Positions 28,777 through 37,941 of a stretch of 64,000 nucleotides of DNA are shown piece after piece. The notes beneath the pieces are model-generated. The model saw only the letters and a list, made by a program, of their open reading frames with translations, had not been told where the DNA came from and did no database searches. Source of the stretch: an uncultured bacterium (lineage in GTDB: Bacteria > Omnitrophota > Gorgyraeia > Zapsychrales > Aceulaceae); NCBI GenBank assembly GCA_937930175.1, contig CALGLP010000013.1, positions 203,764 through 267,763 on the forward strand, in the 5' to 3' direction. The position numbers were made by a program, and so were the translations under genes. The stretch's first letter is position 1; each line of letters opens with the position of its first letter.

Positions 28777-29865
28777 ATGAAAAAGATTAATGTAAAAATA
28801 AACGAGCGTATCTATCCCATCGTGGTAGGCCAGGGGATCTTGTCCAAGCTTGGGGGAGTGGTTGCCGCGCTTAATATTGGTAGCGATGCAATCGTCATTA
28901 CCAATTCCCGTGTTAAGAAGCTTTACGGCGTTCATGTCGCGCGCGCGCTCCTTAAGAACAAGATTTCTGTGAAGTTCTTAGAAGTTTTCGATGGGGAGCA
29001 AAGCAAATCGCAAGAAACGGTCTTTGATCTTATCGGAAAAATTGCGCGTTATGATGTTAAAAAGAAAATATTGATTGTTGCCTTAGGAGGCGGAGTCATT
29101 GGTGACTTAGCTGGATTTGTAGCTGGGATTTATAAACGTGGGATTCCTTTGGTGCATGTCCCTACGACTTTTTTGGCACAAATTGATTCAGCGATTGGAG
29201 GAAAGACCGCGATTGATCTCTCTGTTGCCAAGAATCTTGTTGGTGTTTTTCATCAGCCCAGGCTTGTTTTGAGCGATGTGGCAACGCTTACGACTTTGAG
29301 CCTGCGTCAGATCCGCAATGGTTTGGCGGAAGCGATTAAATATGGCGTTATCAAAGACCAAGCACTCTTTTCTTATATTGAAAAGTATTGTCAGGAGCTT
29401 CTTGCCGGTGATGTTAAGCGGTTGGGTTATGTCGTTGAGGCCTGCAGTGCTATCAAGGCGCGCATTGTTGAAAAGGATGAGCGTGAGGTGCTTGGTATTC
29501 GCACGATTTTAAATTTTGGCCATACGCTTGGACATGCGATTGAGACAGCTTGTTGTTATGGTTCTTATCAACATGGAGAAGCGGTAGCGCTGGGGATGAG
29601 AATGGCCGGGGCCATTTCTTTGGATTTAAAGTTGTGTTCGCGTGAGGATTATCAAAGGCTTGAAGCCCTTTTGACAAGCGCAGGATTGCCTATAAAAATA
29701 AAAAAGGTCAAGATATCTACGATTTTAGACTCCATGGCTCATGATAAAAAGAATATTTCTAAGAAGAATCGCTTTGTGCTTATGAATAAGATTGGTTCAG
29801 TCAAGATTGTGGAAGGTGTTGCGCTTGATCTGATTAAGAAAACTCTTCAAGAATACAGCTGCTAA
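28777..29865 (+). CDS. aroB: 3-dehydroquinate synthase
   Basis: GGGVIGDLAGF...NFGHTLGHAIE. Start at MKKINV behind an AAGAGG SD; the table ORF begins 30 nt upstream inside M50. Confidence 0.9.
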   Translation: MKKINVKINERIYPIVVGQGILSKLGGVVAALNIGSDAIVITNSRVKKLYGVHVARALLKNKISVKFLEVFDGEQSKSQETVFDLIGKIARYDVKKKILIVALGGGVIGDLAGFVAGIYKRGIPLVHVPTTFLAQIDSAIGGKTAIDLSVAKNLVGVFHQPRLVLSDVATLTTLSLRQIRNGLAEAIKYGVIKDQALFSYIEKYCQELLAGDVKRLGYVVEACSAIKARIVEKDEREVLGIRTILNFGHTLGHAIETACCYGSYQHGEAVALGMRMAGAISLDLKLCSREDYQRLEALLTSAGLPIKIKKVKISTILDSMAHDKKNISKKNRFVLMNKIGSVKIVEGVALDLIKKTLQEYSC

Positions 29866-30383
29866 AATTTGTTGAGCCTTAAGGATATTGTTTCGCCCTT
29901 GTTAAAAATTTTAACTTCATCTTTATTGATCCGCAAGATTCTTCGTTCCCCCAAGACATCACCTTCTTTAACAATTTTGTTATTGATGAGGGCAACGTAT
30001 TCATCGCCCATCTTGACAATGCCTGTTAGGGTCAATCCTGAGATGTGATTTTTTGTTTTGGCGGTCTTTGGTTGTAGGGGCGCCTTAGGCAAGGGTGCCG
30101 GGGGTGGGTCTGTCTCAAGGGTGGTCTGGGCAGAAACGCTTTGATCTTTCTTTTCTTCTGTAGGCATCAGAGATTTAACTTTATCTTGTTTGGGAGAAAA
30201 AAGAAAAAACGTGGTTAAGATAAGAAGAGACCCTAAAAAACTTGCAATGATGATGGCTTCTGAGATATCAGAGAATTTTTCTTTTTGTAGAGGTTGGGGA
30301 GTCAACCCGTCGGACTTGATCCCTTTTTTTTGGCGATCGCGGTTTTGTTGAACTTTTTTTAAGGCGTCGTTAATAATGCTCAT
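29862..30383 (-). CDS. GspB/ExeB-like bitopic membrane protein
   Basis: N-terminal cytoplasmic segment, one TM helix, a Pro-rich linker and a C-terminal beta-rich domain. Coupled downstream of the ExeA-like ATPase. Confidence 0.45.
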   Translation of the reverse strand: MSIINDALKKVQQNRDRQKKGIKSDGLTPQPLQKEKFSDISEAIIIASFLGSLLILTTFFLFSPKQDKVKSLMPTEEKKDQSVSAQTTLETDPPPAPLPKAPLQPKTAKTKNHISGLTLTGIVKMGDEYVALINNKIVKEGDVLGERRILRINKDEVKIFNKGETISLRLNKF

Positions 30384-30385
30384 CG

Positions 30386-31186
30386 TTAGTTGATTTCTTC
30401 AATACATCGTTTAATAATTCCATAGTCGATGGTAAAGGTTTCTGCGACAAATCCCGCCAAGAGGGCCCGGTCGCAGATAATGTTGATGAGTCGCGGGGTT
30501 CCGCAGGAGCAGAGGTAGATTTCTTCGATGGCTTCACAGGTAAAGAGGATTGGTTTTTTACTTCCGGCAATAGCCAGGCGATGTTCGATATAGCTTTTGA
30601 GTTCTTTTTTTTCAAGCGGTTTGATGTGGTTGCGGACGGTGATGCGTTGGTTGAGTTGGCGCAGGGAGGGGAGCCTTAGTTTTTCGCATAATTCCGGTTG
30701 GCCGACTAGGATGATCTGGAGAAGCTTTTCTTTTTCTGTTTCGAGATTTGAGAGCAGGCGAATTTGTTCAAGCTGGCTGGCCTTAAGATTTTGCGATTCG
30801 TCAATGATCAAGACGACATTGTGCCCCTGGGCAGTTTCGGCCAGGAGAAAGTCATTCAAGGCGTTGATAATAACAGATTTGTTACTGGATTTTGTTTCAA
30901 TCCCAAAGTCTTTGATAACCATTTGTAATAGCTGAACTTCTGAAAAATTGGGGTAGAGAATAAAGGCGGTGCGTGTTTTTTGGTCAAGTTTGTTGAGCAG
31001 GGTGCGGCAAAGGGTTGTTTTCCCGGTTCCCACCTCACCGGTAATGAGGATAATTCCTTTGCGCTGTTGAATGCCGTACAGAAGATGGGAAAAGGCCTCA
31101 GCGTGATACGTGCTGGAGAAAAAGAAAGAGGGATCTGAGGTGACGTTAAAAGGGTTTTCTTTGAGGCCGTAAAATTGCTTATACAT
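30386..31186 (-). CDS. ExeA/GspA/MshM-family AAA ATPase (short form, no peptidoglycan-binding domain)
   Basis: FYGLKENPF N-terminus, Walker A GEVGTGKTT, Walker B VLIIDESQ. 266 aa. Confidence 0.75.
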   Translation of the reverse strand: MYKQFYGLKENPFNVTSDPSFFFSSTYHAEAFSHLLYGIQQRKGIILITGEVGTGKTTLCRTLLNKLDQKTRTAFILYPNFSEVQLLQMVIKDFGIETKSSNKSVIINALNDFLLAETAQGHNVVLIIDESQNLKASQLEQIRLLSNLETEKEKLLQIILVGQPELCEKLRLPSLRQLNQRITVRNHIKPLEKKELKSYIEHRLAIAGSKKPILFTCEAIEEIYLCSCGTPRLINIICDRALLAGFVAETFTIDYGIIKRCIEEIN

Positions 31187-31461
31187 GGCGAGATTATAAC
31201 ACGGGAGAAGTTTTTGGTAAAGACCTTACGTGCTCAATTATCGCTCATTTTTGTTATTGGTGTGGTGTTTAAAGATTGCAGAGGGTCTCTCTAAGAAGAG
31301 GGCGTTTGTTTCTTTGGGTAGGGGAATTCGCCCGCCAACAAATCGATAGCGGTATGTATGTGCATAAGTAATTTATGCTTTTTGTCATGGTTGTCCGTAA
31401 TTTCATTTGCTTGCCTTGCCTAGGGTTAATCTATCTATTGGTAGACAGGTTTAAAAATAAA

Positions 31462-31489
31462 TTGTCATGAGAATAAAATATGCTATACT
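31462..31489 (+). promoter_or_regulatory. sigma70-like promoter upstream of PilZ gene
   Basis: TTGTCA-16 nt-TATACT, 36 nt upstream of the ATG with an AAAGGAGAG SD in between. Confidence 0.45.
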
Positions 31490-31524
31490 TGAACTAGCCA
31501 CGGATCCTAAAAAAGGAGAGTGGT

Positions 31525-31881
31525 ATGCTTTCTGAAGATCAGAATAATATTGACCGACGTAGGTTTTCCAGAGTTGATTTTCGTGAGCCGATTAGTTTTC
31601 AGCTGCCTGCGCATGCGCAGAGCGGGGGATGCCTAGGTCGTGATCTTAGCGAGCGGGGTTTGCGTATCAATTTTGAGCATTTTGTGAAGCCTCAAACGAC
31701 CATGGCTTTTGAATTACGATTGACTCCTGAAAGAAGGACAACAACCTTAGAAGGACGCGTGGCTTGGGCCTCTCAAGTTCCGTCTTCTGACCGTTATCAA
31801 CTCGGGATTGAATTTACGGAAACCAATGAAGACAATCAAAAAGATATCCGCAAATACGTCATATCAAATCAAATAACATAA
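31525..31881 (+). CDS. PilZ-domain protein (c-di-GMP receptor candidate)
   Basis: RRRFSRV (RxxxR) and DLSERGLRI (DxSxxG) are PilZ motifs. Confidence 0.75.
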   Translation: MLSEDQNNIDRRRFSRVDFREPISFQLPAHAQSGGCLGRDLSERGLRINFEHFVKPQTTMAFELRLTPERRTTTLEGRVAWASQVPSSDRYQLGIEFTETNEDNQKDIRKYVISNQIT

Positions 31882-31933
31882 TTTAAAACGATTGATCAAT
31901 CTTTTGATGTAAAGAAAGGAGTATGATTGTATT

Positions 31934-32113
31934 ATGGCTAATGAGGCTGCTGCCCCCCAAGAGGAAGTACGAAAGAATTGCCCTGCCTGCAAGAAGGCGT
32001 TGAAAAGATCTAAGAAGTATTATCGTGAAGGTGATTATTATTGCAATAAGAATTGTTGGGCTACAGTCAAAAAAGGTGTTACGGGCGAAGCGGACGAATC
32101 TGCTGCATCGTAA
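31934..32113 (+). CDS. 59-aa zinc-ribbon mini-protein
   Basis: MANEAAAPQEEVRKNCPACKKALKRSKKYYREGDYYCNKNCWATVKKGVTGEADESAAS, a C-x2-C-x17-C-x3-C ribbon. Under the ORF-table cutoff. Sits between two PilZ genes. Confidence 0.4.
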   Translation: MANEAAAPQEEVRKNCPACKKALKRSKKYYREGDYYCNKNCWATVKKGVTGEADESAAS

Positions 32114-32133
32114 AGAAAAGGAGCTAGGTTAAA

Positions 32134-32514
32134 GTGATTGCTTCCACTAAAGATAGACGACGAAGTCCTCGCGTTGATACCAGTATTCCTTTAAAAATTT
32201 CTTGTGAAGATTTTGATCTTGTCGCGGAAACTAGGAATATCAGCTCTTTAGGAGCCTATTGCACGATGAGCCAGTATCTTGAGCCGATGACTAAGCTTAA
32301 GATTCAGCTGCTTCTTCCGTTTAAGAAAAATAATCAATTGATCCCTAAAAAGATTTTGTGCCAAGGTGTTGTTGTGCGCACGCAGGCTCATCAAGAAAGC
32401 AAGAGTTTTGACGTGGCGATTTATTTTAGTGAGATTCATGAGAAAGACCGAAAATTGATCGTGGAGCACATCACCGGGGTTTTAAAACAAGAACTGGAAA
32501 CTCATTCAAAGTGA
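32134..32514 (+). CDS. PilZ-domain protein
   Basis: RRRSPRV and NISSLGAY are PilZ motifs. GTG start. Confidence 0.7.
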   Translation: MIASTKDRRRSPRVDTSIPLKISCEDFDLVAETRNISSLGAYCTMSQYLEPMTKLKIQLLLPFKKNNQLIPKKILCQGVVVRTQAHQESKSFDVAIYFSEIHEKDRKLIVEHITGVLKQELETHSK

Positions 32515-32530
32515 CCGTTAAGGATTTTTT

Positions 32531-32698
32531 ATGGAAAATGCCGTTACCGTTTCTATTTCTCCGCTGCAAATGATCTTATCCGTCGCCTTCCAGGCCTGGA
32601 TTATTATCTTTCCGATTTTGATTATCAAAAAATTAAATTATTTGACAGAGCTTTTGCAGGCTCAGTTTGAAGACGACGAAAAAGAAGTGCAAGCGTAA
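32531..32698 (+). CDS. 55-aa single-TM mini-protein (hypothetical)
   Basis: MENAVTVSISPLQMILSVAFQAWIIIFPILIIKKLNYLTELLQAQFEDDEKEVQA with an AAGGA SD 9 nt upstream. Under the ORF-table cutoff. Confidence 0.3.
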   Translation: MENAVTVSISPLQMILSVAFQAWIIIFPILIIKKLNYLTELLQAQFEDDEKEVQA

Positions 32699-32740
32699 GC
32701 AAAAAGACAAGGCGCATGCCTTAAGAATTGGATAAAACGC

Positions 32741-33403
32741 GTGAGGCCTGTTCCCACCGTATATCAAGATGAGGCTTATTATATTTTCGACAAGCCTGCT
32801 GGTCTCGTGGTGATCCCCGCACCACATGAGGAAAAAACATTAACCGATGTTGTCAATGCGCAATATGCGAGTAAGAACAATGAAGGATCGTTGTATCCTT
32901 GTCATCGGCTTGATCGTGATACCTCGGGTGTGATTATCTTTGCGCGTGGCAAGAAGAATCAAAAATTGATGATGGATGAGTTTCATCAAAATAGAGTGCA
33001 GAAGTATTATTTGGCCCTTGTGCATGGAAGGGTCAAGAATGTTAGCGGTGTGATCGATTGGCCTGTGCAGAGCCTGGATGAGAAGAAGTTTAGCCGTTTT
33101 GCAAGGCCCAAAAGGGCCGTTACCAAATATAAGGTTATTGACCAGCGTAATGGATACAGCCTAACAGAGATCTTTATTGAAACAGGGCGAAGCAATCAAA
33201 TCCGTATTCATTTTAGTCAGATGGGACACCCTTTGGTTGGTGAGCGCAAGTATGCCTTTGCCAGAGATTTCCTGCTTCGTTTTCGTCGCACAGCCTTGCA
33301 TGCTGCAGCCGTTACTTTGCGTCATCCCATTACTCAAGAGATGATCGAGGCCAAGGCGCCGCTACCTGAGGATATGCGTTTGTTTATGGAAACCCACAGA
33401 TAA
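32741..33403 (+). CDS. RluA-family pseudouridine synthase
   Basis: HRLDRDTSGVIIFAR catalytic Asp motif. 220 aa. Confidence 0.85.
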   Translation: MRPVPTVYQDEAYYIFDKPAGLVVIPAPHEEKTLTDVVNAQYASKNNEGSLYPCHRLDRDTSGVIIFARGKKNQKLMMDEFHQNRVQKYYLALVHGRVKNVSGVIDWPVQSLDEKKFSRFARPKRAVTKYKVIDQRNGYSLTEIFIETGRSNQIRIHFSQMGHPLVGERKYAFARDFLLRFRRTALHAAAVTLRHPITQEMIEAKAPLPEDMRLFMETHR

Positions 33404-33415
33404 AGGAAGAAAAGG

Positions 33416-33724
33416 ATGAATGAACAGCAAACATTATCGTTAAGTGAGTGGAGCAAGCTTTGTCATGACATTGCGGTTGAAAAAGGTTTTTGGGATGAGA
33501 AGCGTAACATCGGGGAGGCCTTAATGCTTATTGTGACAGAGCTCGCTGAGGCCATGGAATCTTATCGCGTGCAAGACGACGCGAATTTCAGGGAAGAGCT
33601 GGCGGATACTTTTATCCGTCTTTTTGATCTCTGCGGTGGGCTAAACATCGATATCACGCAAGAAATTATTAAGAAAACAGAAAAAAATAAGAACCGTCCG
33701 TATAAGCACGGAAAAATTTGCTAG
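33416..33724 (+). CDS. MazG-like nucleotide pyrophosphohydrolase (small all-alpha NTP-PPase)
   Basis: EALMLIVTELAEAME EExxE metal motif, 102 aa. Confidence 0.7.
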   Translation: MNEQQTLSLSEWSKLCHDIAVEKGFWDEKRNIGEALMLIVTELAEAMESYRVQDDANFREELADTFIRLFDLCGGLNIDITQEIIKKTEKNKNRPYKHGKIC

Positions 33725-33732
33725 GAGGATTT

Positions 33733-34206
33733 ATGCTCAAGTTTGTGAAGCTATCACATTGTGTTCTTGCTGGATTGTTGCTTGTTTCTTTTGGGTGTGT
33801 CACCGTCCAGATGCCGCAATACTTAAAGGATAAAAATCCTTATCATAAAGAATTTTACGTTCATTATGACAAGGCTTTGAGCGCTACGATCATGGCTCTT
33901 GAACGACTCGGATGGAAGGTTGTTAAGCAATCGAATCCGATGGTTTTTGAAGGCGATTCGGTACAGTCTGAAGCGACACCCCGTCAAGTTCTTTTGTTTA
34001 CTGATATGCGGCAAAATGGGATGCTTTTTGGTTCTCGTTACGCGACCATTAATGTTTTCCTTAAAGAGAATAACGAGAAAATCGACGTGGAGATCCGCTA
34101 TTTTTCTATTTTTTCAACGGCGTTAAAGAATTTTGAGAATTACAAAAATGATGAGCTTGTCAAAAAGATATTTGATCAGATCGAGAAGGTCATCGCTACG
34201 CCGTAA
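33733..34206 (+). CDS. putative lipoprotein
   Basis: Signal peptide with LLLVSFGC lipobox-like cysteine. Start placed after the AGGAGG SD. Confidence 0.5.
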   Translation: MLKFVKLSHCVLAGLLLVSFGCVTVQMPQYLKDKNPYHKEFYVHYDKALSATIMALERLGWKVVKQSNPMVFEGDSVQSEATPRQVLLFTDMRQNGMLFGSRYATINVFLKENNEKIDVEIRYFSIFSTALKNFENYKNDELVKKIFDQIEKVIATP

Positions 34207-34244
34207 TACTTACATTGTGCATTTAGAGTGGGTGTAAACACGCG

Positions 34245-36230
34245 ATGGATCGTTTTGTCTTAAAAAGTCCGTTTAGGCCAGTTGACGAACAAACAAAAGC
34301 GATTGAGGCTATTGTTGCGAAAGTGAACAAAGGCATTCCCGCGCAAGTCCTTTTGGGCGTCACCGGAAGTGGAAAAACATTTACCCTCGCTAATGTTATT
34401 CAAGAAATCAATCGTCCCACCCTTGTCATTTCTCACAATAAAACCTTAGCCGCGCAACTGTATGGCGAGTTTAAAGAATTTTTTCCTGACAATGCTGTGG
34501 AGTATTTTGTTAGCTATTACGATTATTATCAGCCTGAAGCCTATATTCCGCAAACGGATGTTTATATTGAAAAAGATTCTTCAATCAATGATCAGCTTGA
34601 TCAGCTGAGACTTTCGGCCACGACATCCTTGATTAGCCGTAGGGATGTTCTGATTGTCGCGAGCGTCTCGTGTATTTATAATTTGGGGTCTCCGAGTGAT
34701 TATCGCGAGCGACTTTTGTGTTTAAAAAAAGGGCAGGTGATTGATCGCGACAAGGCTTTGATTCAGCTCTTGGATATTCAGTATGAGCGTAACGATTATG
34801 AGTTTACGCGAGGTAAATTTAGAGTTCGTGGTGATGTGGTTGAAATTTTTCCCGCGTATCGTCAGGATGCTGTCCGCGTTGAATTTTTTGATGATACCGT
34901 TGAGCGTATCACGCAAATTGATCCTGTCTCAGGCAAAGAAATGGTGACTCTTGATCAGATGGCGATTTATCCTGCCAAGCATTTTATTATGGCGCCGGAA
35001 GCGGTTGATGAGGGCATCGCGATTATTAATCGAGAGCTTGAGGCGCATTTAAAATATCTCCATAGCAAAGGAAAGCTGTTGGAGGCCCAGCGATTGAGTT
35101 CGCGTACGCGTTATGACATGGAAATGCTTAAAGAGGTGGGGTATTGCCACGGGATTGAGAATTATTCACGCCCGCTTTCTGGCCGTCCGCAAGGAAGCCG
35201 GCCATTTACTTTGATTGATTATTTTCCGAAAGATTTTTTAACGATTATTGATGAATCCCATGTCACCATTCCTCAGCTCAACGGCATGTATGAAGGTGAC
35301 CGTTCGCGCAAGGAAACCTTGGTGGAGCATGGCTTTCGGCTTCCATCCTGTTTAGACAATCGGCCGTTAAAGTTTCATGAATTCCAAGAGGTGATCGGTC
35401 AGCGGATTTATGTTTCCGCCACGCCAGGACCGTTTGAGAAAAAAGAGGCGGCCCATCATATTTCTGAACAGATTATTCGACCAACAGGTATTGTGGATCC
35501 GCCCATTGAGGTGCGTCCTAGCAAGGGGCAGATTGATGATTTGGTCCGTGAAATTCGAAAACGTGCTAAAAAGAACGAACGTGTTCTCGTCACCACGATG
35601 ACCAAGCGCATGGCGGAAGATCTGGCCAATTATCTTGAAAAGGAAAAGATTAAGGTCAAATATATGCATTGCGATATTGAGACTATTGAGCGAACAAAGA
35701 TTCTGCAGAATTTACGCATGAAGCATTTTGATTGTCTGGTGGGGGTTAATCTTTTGCGTGAAGGCCTTGACTTGCCAGAGGTCTCCCTTGTGGCGATCTT
35801 GGACGCGGACAAGGAAGGATTTTTACGTTCCCAAACATCATTGATTCAGGTTTCCGGGCGAGCGGCGCGGCATATGAACGGCCGGGTGATCATGTACGCG
35901 GATCGTGTTTCGAATGCCATGAAGGCTGCCATTGAGGAGTGTGAGCGACGACGCGTGATCCAGTTGGCGTACAATGTTAAGCATGCGATCACACCGCGAT
36001 CGATCAAGAAAGCGATCCATCAGGGTATTGAACAATTTAGCGAGGCCCAAGAGCTTGTGCGCGACGTGGTTGGGCAAGGCGATGAAGAGGGAGCCTTTTG
36101 TGATTTGATCGCGGAGATGGAGAAAGAAATGGAGCTGGCGGCGCGTAATCTTTTGTTTGAAAAAGCCGCAGCCCTGCGGGATAAAATCAAGGAGCTTAAA
36201 ACCTATGGCGTTTCTCAACATAAAAAGTAA
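34245..36230 (+). CDS. uvrB: excinuclease ABC subunit B
   Basis: 661 aa with helicase motifs (GVTGSGKT, DESH) and a C-terminal UvrB/UvrC interaction domain. Confidence 0.95.
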   Translation: MDRFVLKSPFRPVDEQTKAIEAIVAKVNKGIPAQVLLGVTGSGKTFTLANVIQEINRPTLVISHNKTLAAQLYGEFKEFFPDNAVEYFVSYYDYYQPEAYIPQTDVYIEKDSSINDQLDQLRLSATTSLISRRDVLIVASVSCIYNLGSPSDYRERLLCLKKGQVIDRDKALIQLLDIQYERNDYEFTRGKFRVRGDVVEIFPAYRQDAVRVEFFDDTVERITQIDPVSGKEMVTLDQMAIYPAKHFIMAPEAVDEGIAIINRELEAHLKYLHSKGKLLEAQRLSSRTRYDMEMLKEVGYCHGIENYSRPLSGRPQGSRPFTLIDYFPKDFLTIIDESHVTIPQLNGMYEGDRSRKETLVEHGFRLPSCLDNRPLKFHEFQEVIGQRIYVSATPGPFEKKEAAHHISEQIIRPTGIVDPPIEVRPSKGQIDDLVREIRKRAKKNERVLVTTMTKRMAEDLANYLEKEKIKVKYMHCDIETIERTKILQNLRMKHFDCLVGVNLLREGLDLPEVSLVAILDADKEGFLRSQTSLIQVSGRAARHMNGRVIMYADRVSNAMKAAIEECERRRVIQLAYNVKHAITPRSIKKAIHQGIEQFSEAQELVRDVVGQGDEEGAFCDLIAEMEKEMELAARNLLFEKAAALRDKIKELKTYGVSQHKK

Positions 36231-37941
36231 TTGGTTGGTGTTTCTTGCTCTTGCGCTTGTGATCTTCACGGTCTTTGGCAACGCGCTTTTCAATGGCTTT
36301 AGCTACGACGACCATTATTTGATCCTTGAAAATCCTTATATTAAGGATTTTTCTTTTATCAAGCAGGTCCTGACAAGCGATGTGACCTTGGCCACGCCGC
36401 TACAAAAGGCCAGTGGTTATTATCGGCCGGTTTCCATGGTGTATCTCATGGGGCTTTATCAGATGTGGGGACTCAATCCCGCGGGCCTTCACTTGATGAA
36501 TCTTTTGTTGCACTTGCTCAATGCGTTCTTTGTTTTCTTGATTGTTGGGGCCATGGCTCAAGATCGGAGGGTGGCATTCTTAGCTGGCCTACTTTTTGCT
36601 ATTCATCCAATCCACGTTGAGGCGGTGGCGCCAATCTTTAATTATATGGGGCTCTTGGCGTCGTGTTTTGCTCTGGCGTCATTTTATATGTTTATTAAAA
36701 GTGAGGGGATGCGCAAGGTCCCCGCAACGATCGCAAGCCTTGGCTTATTTTCTCTTGGCCTTTTTTCAAAAGAAGAAGTCATCATCTTGCCGGTACTTTT
36801 TGTTTTGTATGATTTCATCTTTATCCATCAGCTTTCTTTTGCAAAGGCATGGGCCGCCATCAAGAAGTATTTATGGTTTGTTTTACCAATGGGGGCCTAT
36901 TTATTTTTAAGGTCTCAGATCATTGAATCTAAAGCGGCTTTTGGATTCTGGGATTTAAGTTTGAGCTTAAACGTCACCTCGGAGCAATCAGTTTTTTCTG
37001 CTCTTGTTTCCGTGGCGAGGACCTTTGCCTCCTACATCGGGCTTTTTGTCTTTCCGTTTAAACTTTCCGCGTTTTATTTGTTTGGGCCCGTGATGGCAAT
37101 GGGATTCTTCGCAATCTTTGCCTCGGTGTTCCTCGTTTTGGGGCTGTTGGCGTATGGGATTTTTAACGCGAAAAAACAACCCTTGATCGCTTTCTTGATC
37201 GGTTTCTTTTTTGTCAGCAGTTTTCTGGTTTCTAATCTGATTCCGATCGGAGGGCTTTTTGCCGAACGGTTTATGTATTTTCCTTCGGTAGCGTATTGCG
37301 CGCTTTTTGCGTTTATGTTTTTCCGCTTTTTTGATCAATGCCGCGGCGATTCCGGGCGAAGCCAGCGATTCTTCTTGCAGATGTTTTTGATCGCGATCAT
37401 TGTCCTTTATGGGCAAAAAACAGCAGCGCGTAATTACGTTTGGCGCAATGATATTACCTTGTGGGCGGATACAGCGTTGAAAACGCCTAACAGCATGATC
37501 GTACATCTTTTTTTAGCCGACGCGTATCATGCCCGCGCGAAATATGATGATGCGATAAAAGAATACAAGATTGTCCTTCAGCTTCCCAAGGTGCCGGCAG
37601 CGCGTATCCACAATACCCTGGGAAAGATTTATGGGGGGCGTAAGCAATATGATCTAGCGATCGAGGAGTTTGTAAAATCATTGAAGGCTAATCCGCGAGA
37701 TGTGGAGACATATTATAATCTAGGCATCACGTCGCTTTTTCAGGATAAAGTTGATGCGGCGTTAAAATACTTTGACGCGGCAAAAGCAGTGGACAAGGAT
37801 TATCCTTGGACTTATTATGGGATAGGACTCGTTTTTGAAAAACAAAAGAAGTTTGAAGAGGCCAGGGAGATGTTTCACAAGGCCTTAAATTTAAAACCTA
37901 ATTTTAAAATGGCGCAGGAAGCGCTCAAGCGTTTACCATGA
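36205..37941 (+). CDS. polytopic membrane protein with C-terminal TPR repeats (glycosyltransferase-39/PMT-like candidate)
   Basis: About 10 TM helices followed by TPR units (AYHARAKYDDAIKEY...). Start taken at MAFLNIKSN, 26 nt inside the uvrB end. Confidence 0.55.
   Translation: MAFLNIKSNWLVFLALALVIFTVFGNALFNGFSYDDHYLILENPYIKDFSFIKQVLTSDVTLATPLQKASGYYRPVSMVYLMGLYQMWGLNPAGLHLMNLLLHLLNAFFVFLIVGAMAQDRRVAFLAGLLFAIHPIHVEAVAPIFNYMGLLASCFALASFYMFIKSEGMRKVPATIASLGLFSLGLFSKEEVIILPVLFVLYDFIFIHQLSFAKAWAAIKKYLWFVLPMGAYLFLRSQIIESKAAFGFWDLSLSLNVTSEQSVFSALVSVARTFASYIGLFVFPFKLSAFYLFGPVMAMGFFAIFASVFLVLGLLAYGIFNAKKQPLIAFLIGFFFVSSFLVSNLIPIGGLFAERFMYFPSVAYCALFAFMFFRFFDQCRGDSGRSQRFFLQMFLIAIIVLYGQKTAARNYVWRNDITLWADTALKTPNSMIVHLFLADAYHARAKYDDAIKEYKIVLQLPKVPAARIHNTLGKIYGGRKQYDLAIEEFVKSLKANPRDVETYYNLGITSLFQDKVDAALKYFDAAKAVDKDYPWTYYGIGLVFEKQKKFEEAREMFHKALNLKPNFKMAQEALKRLP

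Noticed and set aside
36157-36230. Table ORF start at 36157 for the TPR membrane protein (74-nt overlap with uvrB)
   Set aside because: The first hydrophobic segment begins at MAFLNIKSN (ATG 36205). The upstream 16 residues are basic and unstructured and lie inside uvrB, so the downstream ATG was chosen, though it remains uncertain.
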